Below are positions 14,401-34,274 of a stretch of 64,000 nucleotides of DNA, one piece after another. The translations under genes and the position numbers were made by a program. This DNA is from Bugula neritina. Lineage: Eukaryota; Animalia; Bryozoa. Below the pieces are notes generated by a model that searched no databases, had not been told where the DNA came from, and worked only from the letters and a program-made list of their open reading frames with translations. Every line of letters starts with the position of its first letter. The stretch's first letter is position 1. Location: contig OZ037772.1 of assembly GCA_964035545.1 (NCBI GenBank), forward strand, positions 12,026,818-12,090,817, given 5' to 3'.

Positions 14401-17400
14401 TATATTATACTAAATATGATAGTCTCATTTATATATTATACTAAATATGATAGTCTCATTTATATATTATACTAAATATGATAGTCTCATTTATATATTA
14501 TACTAAATATGATAGTCTCATTTATATATTATACTAAATATGATAGTCTCATTTATATATTATACTAAATATGATAGTCTCATTTATATATTATACTAAA
14601 TATGATAGTTTCATTTATATATTATACTAAATATGATAGTCTCATTTATATATTATACTAAATATGATAGTCTCATTTATATATTATACTAAATATGATA
14701 GTCTCATTTATATATTATACTAAATATGATAGTCTCATTTGTATATTATACTAAATATGATAGTCTCATTTATATATTATATTAAATATGATAGTATCAT
14801 TTATATATTATACTAAATATGATAGTATCATCTATATATTATATTAAATATGATAGTATCATTTATATATTATACTAAATATGATAGTATCATTTATATA
14901 TTATACTAAATATGATAGTCTCATTTATATATTATATTAATTGTGGTAGTCTAATTTATATATTAGACTAAATATGATAGTCTCATTTATATATTATACT
15001 AACTATAATAGGCTCATTTATATATTATACTGAATATGATAGTCTCATTAGTATATTATACTAAATATGATAGTCTCATTTATATGTTATACTAAATATG
15101 ATAGTCTCATTTATATATTATACTAAATATGATAGTTTCATTTATATATTATACTCAATATGGTAGTCTAATTTATATACTCATCCACAATAACTCTGCA
15201 GTTTAGTATTACTATTGAATATTGAATATCTGAATCTGTAGAATTATATATTACAGCTCTGACAAATTTATATATTTTATTTCAACAATAGATGTGTTTT
15301 TAGTATTTTATATGCTCAGTTAAATCTTTATCGATTGAAAAGCCACCTAAATATACAGTTTGCTGATTAAAAACTATTTTGTAGAAAATTATATTTTTGC
15401 AGGTTTCTACAATTTGATTACTATTTAATAATATTCTCACATGCTTGTAGTAATGAATATATTTTTTATCCAATTTTTAATTTCTGTTGAGTGAAACTAA
15501 GTTTTAGTGTAGTTTAGTCATTGCTTTCAAATTATAACAAAAACTTCTAGTCTGTAATACCATCTTCTTTCTTGTTCTCCCTTAGACTAAGTTTACACCT
15601 AGTAGGTACTACACTTGTATGCGTTGTGTAGTGTATATAATATGTTTCATAGATGGGCCGGAGGCTGTGTTAGGAACTAGGGCTGTGCGTGTTGAGAAAG
15701 TTGAACTGCCAAATGGTTAGTAGTCATGTGGCCCAGCTATAGTGAAGGTTTTTTATTTTGCTATTGTGTTTGTGTTGATAAAACATTTAGAAGTCTGAGT
15801 TAACCATCAAACTAATGAATAGAAAACACTGCAATCACTCTGAGAACAGTAATGAATGTAGAAAATATTTGCCAATATAGTTGTTTGTTTTTTCTCTGTT
15901 ACTCTGTTTGACTTAGACATCAAAGTGGAGTATATTAAGGGTGCAGAAGCAGCAGACAACCCCAATTCGGTGACATCATTTGATGGTCAGGAGGAGCAGG
16001 CTGAGGAAGGTAATGAGCTCCCTCAAATATTTAGGATGACACATAGTTGTACTAAATATGATAGTCTCATTTATATATTATACTAAATATGATAGTCTCA
16101 TTTATATATCATACTAAATATGATAGTCTCATTTATATATCATACTAAATATGATAGTCTCATTTATATATTATACTAATTATGATAGTATCATTTATAT
16201 ATTATACTAAATATGATAGTCTCATTTGTATATTATACTAAATATGATAGGCTCATTTATATATTATACTAAATATGATAGTCTCATTTATATATTATAC
16301 TAAATATGATAGTCTCATTTATATATTATACTAAATATGATAGTCTCATTTGTATATTATACTAAATATGATAGGCTCATTTATATATTATACTAAATAT
16401 GATAGTCTCATTTATATATTATACTAAATATGATAGTCTCATTTATATATTATATTAATTGTGGTAGTCTAATTTATATATTATACTAAATATGATAGTC
16501 TAATTTATATATTATAATAAATATGATAGTCTTTTTTATATATTATACTAATTATGATAGTCTCATTTATATATTATACTAAATATGATAGGCTCATTTA
16601 TATATTATACTAAATGTGATAGTCTAATTTATATATTATACTAAATATGATAGTCTCATTTATATATTATACTAATTATGATAGTCTCATTTATATATTA
16701 TATTAATTGTGGTAGTCTAATTTATATATTATACTAAATATGATAGTCTCATCTATATATTATACTAAATATAATAGTCTCATTTATATATTATACTAAA
16801 TATGATAGGCTCATTTATATATTATACTAAATATGATAGTCTCATTTATATATTATACTAAATACGATAGTCTCATTTATATATTCATCCACAATAACTC
16901 TGCAGTTCAGTATTACTATTGAATATTAAATATCTGAATCTGTAGAATTATATATTACAGCTCTGACAAATTTATATATTTTATTTCAACAATAGATGTG
17001 TTTTTAATATTATATTATATGCTCAATTAAATCCTCATTGATTGAAAAGCCACCTAAATATACAGTTTGCTGATTAAAAACTATTTTGTTGAAAATTATA
17101 TTTTGGCAGGTTTCTACAATTTGATTACTATTTATTAATATTTTCACATGCTTGTAGTAATGAATATATTTCTTATCTAATTTTTAATTTCTGTTGAGTG
17201 AAACTGAGTTTTAGTGTAGTTTAGTCATTGCTTTCAAATTATAACAAAAACTTCTAGCCTGTAATACCATCTTCTTTCTTGTTCTCCCTTAGACTAAGTT
17301 CACACCTTGTAGGTACTACACTTGTATGCGTTGTGTAGTGTATATAATATGTTTTATAGATGGGCCGGAGGCTGTATTAGAAACTAGGGCTGTGCGTGTT

Positions 17401-20400
17401 GAGAAAGTTGAACTGCCAAATGGTTAGTAGTCATGTGGCTCAGCTATAGTGAAGGTTTTTTATTTTGCTATTGTGTTTGTGTTGATAAAACATTTAGAAC
17501 TCTGAGTTAACCATCACACTGATGAATAGAAAACACTGCAGTCACTCTGAGAACAATAATGAATGTAGAAAATATTTGCCAATATAGTTGTTTGTTATTT
17601 CTCTGGTACTCTGTTTGACTTAGACATCAAAGTGGAGTATATTGAGGGTGCAGAAGCAGCAGACAATCCCAATTCGGTGACATCATTTGATGGTCAGGAG
17701 GAACAGGCTGAGGAAGGTAATGAGTTCACTCAAATATTTAGGATGACACATAGTTGTACTAAATATGATAGTCTCATTTATATATTATATTAAATATGAT
17801 AGTTTCATTTATATATTATACCAACTATAATAGGCTCATTTATATATTATACTAAATATGATAGTCTCATTTATATATTATACTAAATATGATAGTCTCA
17901 TTTATATATTATACTAAATATGATAGTCTCATTTATATATTATACTAAATATGATAGGTTCCTTTATATATTATACTAATTATGATAGTTTCCTTTATAT
18001 ATTATACTAAATGTGATAGTCTAATTTATATATTATACTAAATATGATAGTCTCATTTATATATTATACTAATTATGATAGTCTCATTTATATATTATAT
18101 TAATTGTGGTAGTCTAATTTATATATTATACTAAATATGATAGTCTCATCTATATATTATACTAAATATAATAGTCTCATTTATATATTATACTAAATAT
18201 GATAGGCTCATTTATATATTATACTAAATATGATAGTCTCATTTATATATTATACTAAATACGATAGTCTCATTTATATATTCATCCACAATAACTCTGC
18301 AGTTCAGTATTACTATTGAATATTAAATATCTGAATCTGTAGAATTATATATTACAGCTCTGACAAATTTATATATTTTATTTCAACAATAGATGTGTTT
18401 TTAATATTATATTATATGCTCAATTAAATCCTCATTGATTGAAAAGCCACCTAAATATACAGTTTGCTGATTAAAAACTATTTTGTTGAAAATTATATTT
18501 TGGCAGGTTTCTACAATTTGATTACTATTTATTAATATTTTCACATGCTTGTAGTAATGAATATATTTCTTATCTAATTTTTAATTTCTGTTGAGTGAAA
18601 CAGAGTTTTAGTGTAGTTTAGTCATTGCTTTCAAATTATAACAAAAACTTCTAGCCTGTAATACCATCTTCTTTCTTGTTCTCCCTTAGACTAAGTTCAC
18701 ACCTTGTAGGTACTACACTTGTATGCGTTGTGTAGTGTATATAATATGTTTTATAGATGGGCCGGAGGCTGTATTAGGAACTAGGGCTGTACGTGTTGAG
18801 AAAGTTGAACTGCCAAATGGTTAGTAGTCATGTGGCTCAGCTATAGTGAAGGTTTTTTTATGTTGCTATTGTGTTTGTGTTGATAAAACATTTAGAACTC
18901 TGAGTTAACCATCACACTGATGAATAGAAAACACTGCAGTCACTCTGAGAACAGTAATGAATGTAGAAAATATTTGCCAATATAGTTGTTTGTTATTTCT
19001 CTGGTACTCTGTTTGACTTAGACATCAAAGTGGAGTATATTGAGGGTGCAGAAGCAGCAGACAATCCCAATTCGGTGACATCATTTGATGGTCAGGAGGA
19101 ACAGGCTGAGGAAGGTAATGAGTTCACTCAAATATTTAGGATGACACATAGTTGTACTAAATATGATAGTCTGATTTATATATTATATTAAATATGATAG
19201 TTTCATTTATATATTATACCAACTATAATAGGCTCATTTATATATTATACTAAATATGATAGTCTCATTTATATATTATACTAAATATGATAGTCTCATT
19301 TATATATTATACTAAATATGATAGTCTCATTTATATATTATACTAAATATGATAGGTTCCTTTATATATTATACTAATTATGATAGTTTCCTTTATATAT
19401 TATACTAACTGTCATAGTCTCATTTATATATTATACCCAATACGAAAGTCTCATTTATATATTCATCCACAATAACTCTGCAGTTCAGTATTACTATTGA
19501 ATATTAAATATCTGAATCTGTAGAATTATATATTACAGCTCTGACAAATTTATATATTTTATTTCAACAATAGATGTGTTTTTAATATTATATTATATGC
19601 TCAATTAAATCCTCATTGATTGAAAAGCCACCTAAATATACAGTTTGCTGATTAAAAACTATTTTGTTGAAAATTATATTTTGGCAGGTTTCTACAATTT
19701 GATAACTATTTATTAATATTTTCACATGCTTGTAGTAATGAATATATTTCTTATCTAATTTTTAATTTTTGTTGAGTCAAACTGAGTTTTAGTGTAGTTT
19801 AGTCATTGCATTCTAATTATAACAAAAACTTCTAGCCTGTAATACCATCTTCTTTCTTGTTCTCCCTTAGACTAAGTTTACACCTAGTAGGTACTACACT
19901 TGTATGCGTTGTGTAGTGTATATAATATGTTTTATAGATGGGCCGGAGGCTGTATTAGGAACTAGGGCTGTGCGTGTTGAGAAAGTTGAACTGCCAAATG
20001 GTTAGTAGTCATGTGGCTTAGCTATAGTGAAGGTTTATTATTTTGCTAGTGTGTTTGTGTTGATAAAACATTTAGAACTCTGAGTTAATCATCACTCTGA
20101 TGAATAGTAAACACTGCAGTCAGTCTGAGAACAGTAGTGATTGTAGAAAATATTTGCCAATATAGTTGTTTGTTATTTCTCTGGTACTCTGTTTGACTTA
20201 GACATCAAAGTGGAGTATATTGAGGGTGCGGAAGCAGCAGACAACCCCAATTCGGTGACATCATTTGATGGTCAGGAGGAGCAGGCTGAGGAAGGTAATG
20301 AATTCACACAAATATTTAGGATTACACATAGTTAAGTTGCGTTTATACCTCTGCTGAAAAAAGTACCGAGTTTAAGTTAATAATGCTTGTCCGGGTGCCC

Positions 20401-22495
20401 CTTTATAGTCAAACTGAAACTCGTTGAAATCATATTGATGTGGTTGCTCACTTTCTGAAATTGAAATTTGACTCGCATAATAGCTATTTGATGCCCTTTG
20501 TAAACGTCGTGAATTAGTCAAGCGGAAAGCATAAAAGCGATAATTGAGAAGGCGTAAGCTATATAATTATAACCGTATAAGTACGTTGTCTAATCGCCAA
20601 AGTAATAACTAAATAACGATGTTTACAAGGAGTTATTACTCCTATTCTAAAATTGGCCGATTAAGTTATCACAGTACAAAAATTTCAACGAGTGGCTTTT
20701 ACAATGCAATGCAACTCGGAGAAATTTCAACCCGGCCAAATAGAATTTTTGACCGAAAATCGTGAAGGTATAAACGCAACTTTATACTAAATATAATAGT
20801 CTCATTTATATATTATACTAATTATGATAGTTTCATTTATTTATTATACTCAATATGATAGTGGATCATTTTACTTAATTTAGTACACACCTGAAATCTC
20901 CAGTTTTTAGCTTTTTTTTACAATTTAGCTGCTAATGAACATGGTTTTTTTGCCGAAAACTAGTAAAATATCAATAAATACACCTAATTAATCAAGGTTC
21001 TTATTAATTTTGCTTAATTTCTCATGTCTTTTTTCCTATTATTCAGCTACTTTCGCTTGTTGACCGTTATGGTATTTCGTAACGGTCTGCAATCTCAATT
21101 AGCTAAATAAATAGGAAAAATCAAGGAAAATCAAGCAAAATAAATAAGAACTTTGATTATTTAGGTGTATTTATTGATATTTTACTAGTTTTAGGGAAAA
21201 ACCCATGTTCATTAGGCGCTAAATTGTAAAAAGCGCTAAACACTGGAGATTTCAGGTGTGTAATAAATCAAGTAAAATGACCCTAGTCTCATTTATATAC
21301 TCATCCACAATAACTCTGCTGTTCAGTATTAATATTGAATATTAAATATCTAAATCTGTAGAATTATATATTACAGCTCTGACAAATTTATATATTTTAT
21401 TTCAACAATAGATGTTTCTTTAATATTTTATATGCTCAATTAAATCTTCATTGATTGAAAAACCACCTAAATATATAGCTTGCTGATGAAAAACTATTTT
21501 GTTAAAAATTATATTTTGGCAGGTTTCTACAGTTTGATTACTATTTAATAATAGTCTCACATGCTTTATGGCTTGCAGGGGAAAGCCAAAGTGTTGAAGT
21601 TGATAATCTGAATTCTAGTAAGGATCTCTATATAAGGAGTTGTGATGGAGGAAAGTCATTTCAATGTCCTTATTGTGATATGAAAAGTAACTTAAAATCT
21701 CAAGTAGTTCAGCACCTAAATACTCATACAAGACAACAACGGTATCAATGTGATGTTTGTGACGGGAAATTTACTCAGAAATCAACCCTAAATTATCATA
21801 TGAAAACTCATACAGGAGAAAAACCGTTTCAATGTGATGTTTGTGAGAAGAAGTTTGCTAGGAAATCAAACCTAAATGATCACATTAGAATTCATACAGG
21901 GGAAAAGCTGTTTCAATGTGATATTTGTAACCGTAAATTTACCAAGAAATCAAACTTAAGTTATCACATGAGAACTCATACAGGAGAAAAGCCATTTCAA
22001 TGTGATGTTTGTGACCGGAAATTTACTCAGAAATCAACCCTAAATTATCACATGAGAATTTATACCAGAGAACAACTATTTCAGTGTAAAGTATGTGACA
22101 GGAAATTTTCTCAGAAATCTCATTTAAGTTATCACATGAGAACTCATACAGGAGAAAAGCCATTTCAATGTGATCTTTGTGACAGGAAATTTTCTCAGAA
22201 ATCTCATTTAAGTTATCACATGAGAACTCATACAGGAGAAAAGCCATTTCAATGTGATCTTTGTGACAGTAAATTTACTCAGAAATCAACCCTAAATGAT
22301 CACATTAGAATTCATACAGGAGAAAAGCCATTTCAATGTGATATTTGTGACCGGAAATTTACTCAGAAATCAAGCCTAAATTATCACATGAGAACACATA
22401 GTGGGGAAAAACCATTTCAGTGTGGCATTTGTGACAAGAAATTTACAAGGAACGGTCAGTTGGATGCTCACATGAAAATTCATACAGGAAAATAG
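5418..22495 (+). CDS. C2H2 (Kruppel-type) zinc-finger protein with 8x 52-aa acidic N-terminal repeats, ~757 aa, 18 coding exons
   Basis: Exon 1 5418-5526 (MDLESKPISLIGNKIKQEP..., phase 1). A/B exon pairs: 5953-6015/6217-6309, 7288-7350/7552-7644, 9118-9180/9382-9474, 12742-12804/13006-13098, 15653-15715/15917-16009, 17360-17422/17624-17716, 18757-18819/19022-19114, 19938-20000/20202-20294. Last exon 21579-22495 is in frame with ORF 21680..22495 and has 10 fingers with TGEKPF linkers (finger 5 has H->Y). All introns are GT-AG and phase 1. Confidence 0.8.
6350..19462 (+). repeat. 31-bp minisatellite (tactaaatatgatagtctcatttatatatta)n, one array per unit
   Basis: Approximate arrays: 6350-6812 (~15 copies), 7684-8645 (~31), 9514-12269 (~89), 13138-15180 (~66), 16049-16884 (~27), 17756-18281 (~17), 19154-19462 (~10); ~3 copies in unit 8. 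Copy numbers estimated as length/31. Confidence 0.95.
20335..20781. mobile_element. Non-autonomous PIF/Harbinger-like MITE (~447 bp)
   Basis: TIRs agttgcgtttatacc...ggtataaacgcaact with TTA duplicated on both sides. The empty site (catagttgtact) is visible in the other 7 units. Confidence 0.85.
20861..21283. mobile_element. Fold-back MITE with ~180-bp imperfect TIRs inserted into a 31-bp minisatellite unit
   Basis: Left arm 'tcattttactt...cacacctgaaatctccagt...tagtaaaatatcaataaatacaccta' mirrors right arm 'taggtgtatttattgatattttacta...actggagatttcaggtgtg...agtaaaatga'. It splits 'atga-tag-tctc' with a TA/TAG duplication. Confidence 0.85.
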
Positions 22496-22735
22496 TCGTT
22501 TCACTGTGATATTTGTGAGAGGAAGTTTACTAGGAAAATAAACCTAACTTCTTACTTAAGGATTCATACAAAGGAACAACAGTGTCCGTGCACTCCAAGT
22601 GATCATAAATAATAGGACGTCTAACCTAAATGTTAACATAAGAACTCATGGCTAAGCAGAATTCTTCCAACGTACTGAGTCTAAATGCAAATTTAAATGG
22701 AGAAATAGTAAAATTACTAGCATGAAAACTCCTAC
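22496..22735 (+). pseudogene. Degenerate zinc-finger relics in the 3' UTR
   Basis: Directly after TAG: SFHCDICERKFTRKINLTSYLRIHTKEQQCPC..., then after a frameshift RTSNLNVNIRTHG*...ITSMKTPT. Confidence 0.75.
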
Positions 22736-23469
22736 AAATAATTTAAACTATATAATATTGTGATAATAAGATAAAAAAATATTTTACTATATGATATCAT
22801 AAGTTCACTGAGATGTTTACATAATTTTTTCACGGAAAAGTTAATATGGTAAAGGGAACTATAATTGTCAATTTGTGTTAACCTTTTACTATGTAATATT
22901 TTTTTACAGATTGAATTAATAAACTGTAAATGCTAAAAAATGAAGCTTAAGTTCTTCCATTGTAATTAATACTAGTTTGAGTAATCCTTGTCAATAGACT
23001 GAATGTAGCAATCGACGTAGTTGTGATACGCTACTTCTTGTAGCATGAAAACTTTCAAATGAAGTTGTCATCGTAGTCAGTATAAGCTTAATATACAGTT
23101 ATAGTCATATCATCATTTATGTTAAATCAGCAAGCAAGTATTTTGCATACCTATGCATTTTTGTGATGCATATCTATATGCATCATATTTTTACATGTAT
23201 GTGCATACATCTATAACTGCAATATTGAAAATCTAATAAATTGCTGCTTAGGTTTTTTTATAGGATATTGTCAGGACCCGAGAGCTAGATTGCGTTTGTG
23301 TATGGTCACTTCGGTCTTGAAATCAAAAGTGACATGCATTGCAGATTCAGCTGTCCGTATAATATTAAGTGATTCTCTTTAATCAATGTATGTGTAGGTC
23401 GTAGGATATTGAAATTGCAGTAATGTTTGTATACTGAGAGTTATCCCCTCATTAACTTGTAATGGAAGG

Positions 23470-23580
23470 CTTAAAGCGGAAGTAAGCATCCTTCAAAGCG
23501 AAAGTAAAAATATATTTTAGTCACGTGACGTTGTAGAACCAAAAGCGATTAGTAAGTCGAAGTAGCACGTACTGCAGTGA
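23470..23580 (+). promoter_or_regulatory. Putative promoter / first non-coding exon of the ankyrin gene
   Basis: Locally CpG-richer. ETS-like GCGGAAGT at ~23476, perfect palindrome GTCACGTGAC (E-box/CLEAR-type) at 23520-23529, GTGAGT donor at 23577. A second UTR exon probably lies at 25001-25089. Confidence 0.4.
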
Positions 23581-24329
23581 GTTATACTTATTTCAGTCGA
23601 AGTTAATTATAAGTATAAAAGTATTGAGAAAAAACGTTAGCTATTTTCCAAATTACTAATCAAACGTTTAATAGTTAAATAGTTTTATAATCCAAGTTGC
23701 AGTCTTTTTACAGCTACTACACCTGCGCCTTGTATCAGATTCAGTTTGAGTTTCAGTATCACTATGACTATGAGTATGAGCATATATAATTATATGACTA
23801 TCAGTATGAGTATGAGTATGAGTGTATGACTATGAGTACGTCAATATCAGTGTGAGTATGACTGATACTGATAGTATGAGTGTTGCTTGCACGCACTCCT
23901 ATAGTTACTGTTGAAGTGAGTGTTACGGTTGCAGTGAATGTGATTAAATTATTATTATTATCAACTTGAAGTAACTGTGTAAGTCTTAGTTTTGTCTTAT
24001 TTTAGAAATAGCAATAGTAATACTTTTATACTAGTACAGTAATAGTAAGTGTAACACTAATTATCGTAAAAATAACTAATTTTATTACTATTATTAGTAT
24101 CAGTATGACTCACTTTTACTCTTAGTCTTAGTATGAGTCAGAGTATCAGTATGACTATCAGTATCACCCTCTGAGTATGAGCATCGCTTTAAGCTTGTCA
24201 CTATGAGTATGAGACCATATGCGAATGCCTAGTGTAATAGAGTATCAAAATGGTCTAACAGTAACTTTGAATTTGACTATAAGCCTAACTACTACTACTA
24301 TTACTACTACTACCTACTTTCTACTACCA

Positions 24330-24639
24330 CCCGTGCTGTGGAATCAACTACCAAGATCACTAAGAATGATATCTCGTTTAGGTAATTTCAAGGTGGAGCT
24401 GAGACACCACCTCATCTCTACAGAGTGAACATTTTTATTTGTTCATTAATTTGTATGATGTACTACTGACTCGGGCTCGCGTTCTTGCTGGCTTTGCCTT
24501 TTCGCCATGGGCCCCATCATCATCTTCAAAATAATTTTTTCCTTGTTACACTTTCTTTCGATAATTATTGTCGTTTCTTTTTTTATCTATTTTATAATCA
24601 GTGTAAATGTTCTATGATGAAATAAACACACACACACAC
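24330..24639 (+). mobile_element. 5'-truncated CR1/L2-type LINE 3' end
   Basis: PVLWNQLPRSLRMISRLGNFKVELRHHL matches the typical ORF2 C-terminus (WNxLP...L..FK..L), followed by a UTR, AATAAA and a (CA)n tail. It sits inside an (ACT)n tract. Confidence 0.75.
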
Positions 24640-25701
24640 GCCTACTGCCGCCACCACCACCAGTAATAGTACTACTACTACTACTACCACTACTACTACT
24701 AGTACCAGTAGTACTAGTAATACGGTATTGCATTTAGTTTTACTATTATTATCACTATTAGTTACTATGGGCATATAGTCATAGTCATATGCATAGCTAT
24801 TGGAATAAGAAGATCTTTAAATAAAATTTGAAAATGAGTAGTAATAGTATTTGTATTAGTAATACTAGCTGTATGAGTAAGTGACTGAGAGGGAGTAACT
24901 GTAAGTGGAAATTATGTATACTTGAACATTGAAATTTTTCAAGTATGTGACTACTTTTGCAATTTATTTACTGATATTTTCTAAACGTCTTTCTTTGCAG
25001 ATCCATACTTCATATGGTGGGAGTTGTGATCCCATCACTGTTGACTCGGTGAAGTAAATTGACTGACTCGTGCTAAGGCTCTCAATCAGGTAAGAGAAGT
25101 TAGAATACCTGTAACTAACAATTCTCCTAATTTCCTTTATTTGCTGTCAAAATCTTTAGCGCTGTATTTTAAGATGAGAGTGAAAACTGAAGCTAGTCAT
25201 AGTCAAAAGTAATACAGTTTGGTTATTTTTAGATAGTAATAGATAATGGCAGACGTCACACCAAGTTTGGCCATGTTATTGAGATCTCTGAGACTGTTTC
25301 ATTGTTTGTAGGAGCAGAATTTCAGCGTAGACAACCTTCTATCAATATTACTAGTTCTAATTATAATATGTTCTGATCTGCACAGTTGCTATTGGTACAT
25401 GCAGATTAATTGCTGGAATTATTCCAGTTGAAATAATAAAAAGTTTTATCGATAAACTAGTCAATAAAAATGTTAGCCAGTTAGTGTGTAGTGTTACAGT
25501 GTGTTAGACATTGCGCAATACTAGATGGAGTCACCATTCAGCCTGTAATGTTGTTTTATTGTGATTTATGTTGATGCTGTATGTCAAGTTATGATTAACT
25601 AGATGTAACTGTCAACTGATTACCTTACGTTATGATGATTCTGCTGAACAGTGCATTGCCAAGGCATCAGTGTTGTTACGGAGTTGTCTTGTCTCTGCAG
25701 G

Positions 25702-32852
<7,151 letters not shown>

Positions 32853-33470
32853 CAGTCTACATGTTGGACTTTATTGTGCATTTTGTTGATTTTTTAAATT
32901 TTATCTTACAAGATTTAGAATGATATATATATATTTTAGATAAGATAACTCCTAAAGTAACAATATAGTGCAAATATTTTCCTTGCGTATTATCGTATAT
33001 AATATATCATATATATTATATATCATATATATATAATATATTATATATAATATAAATTATATATCTAATAATAATTTATGTGCAAATCATTTTATTACAA
33101 TCATTTCGATTGCTTATTTCTCTATTGAAGTAAATTGATAATTAATAATGACAATGTAGAAAATATAAAAAAGTTTTTAATTATATTATTGTATACATAG
33201 TATTTACCAATAAATTTATAATATAAAATATATACAGACATATGTAAATACAGTGTTAGAGCAATTGATTTTGATGCTAACTGCAATATTTTGTTCACAC
33301 TTGTATTTAAATTTTCAAATGATCTGGATGAGGTAATCTTGGTTATCATACAAGTAGAGTGTATATATATGTTTTAATTAGAAAGATAATATAATGTTAA
33401 AGTATATTGCACTCTTTTCGTAACTGTTAACGTAGTATTTTATTAATATGTACACTCTATGATGCCGTTA

Positions 33471-34169
33471 TTAGTAAGGTTGTTCACTTATTAGAGCGTC
33501 AATATAGTCACTTGCATCCTCTGATTTGATTGGTCCTTGCTCTTCTTTAATTTCCTGTTTGAACACCGCTGGTTCGGGTTGTACTGCATAGCTGTAATAT
33601 TCATCTACTACCGGACGGGGTGGGGTTTGTGGAGCCCCTTCTTTATGTTTAGCAGCTTCTTCAGCTGTTACTGGAGTTTGTGGCAAGGGGCCGTACCTGA
33701 AACGAGATAGAGAGATATAGAAAAGTTGTGTTCCCCTACTGCTATGCCTCATATAATAATTATACTTCGAGTAAATAGGGAGTGCCTTACAAACATGAGA
33801 GAACATGGTGTACTAATGCTAGACATAAGTAGGTGGGGTCTCGTGAAAACATGAGGCAACGGCAGAGTGTATGTTGAGACAGTATAGTAACAGGTTAGCA
33901 TTTGCTGATTTACGTATTATTCAATATGGCTGAATTGATTGCCTGGCAACCTGATACATATTAACTATTGAATACTGATATATAATTTATTAGGCTAGGC
34001 TTTTTAAGTTTCATCTCACCTTTTAGCGGGTGGCGTTGAGCCTTTTCCTATTGCAATTGGTGGAACTTCTATTGTCTGGTATACGCTGTCACTTTCATTC
34101 AAACTGCTGTGCTTTTCGTAGACATTAGGAATAGAGTGTCTGTTTGTTCCCTGCTTAACTGTAACGATG

Positions 34170-34212
<43 letters not shown>

Positions 34213-34227
34213 TATATATATATATAC

Positions 34228-34274
<47 letters not shown>

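Larger units (their letters stand above)
5769..21565 (+). repeat. Intragenic tandem array of 8 units (~1.2-3.6 kb each): exon A + exon B + minisatellite + intron tail
   Basis: Blocks such as 'gtaataccatcttctttcttgttctc', 'acatcaaagtggagtat' and 'catccacaataactctg' recur 8 times. Junction '...cacatgctt|gtagtaatgaatat' occurs in units 1-7; in unit 8 'cacatgctt' runs into the zinc-finger exon acceptor. Confidence 0.95.

Noticed and set aside
6350-19462. CRISPR-like appearance of 31-bp repeats
   Set aside because: Head-to-tail monomers without unique spacers, no cas genes, and a eukaryotic intron context.
22023-22247. Minus-strand 74-aa repeated ORF
   Set aside because: Antisense shadow of duplicated zinc fingers.
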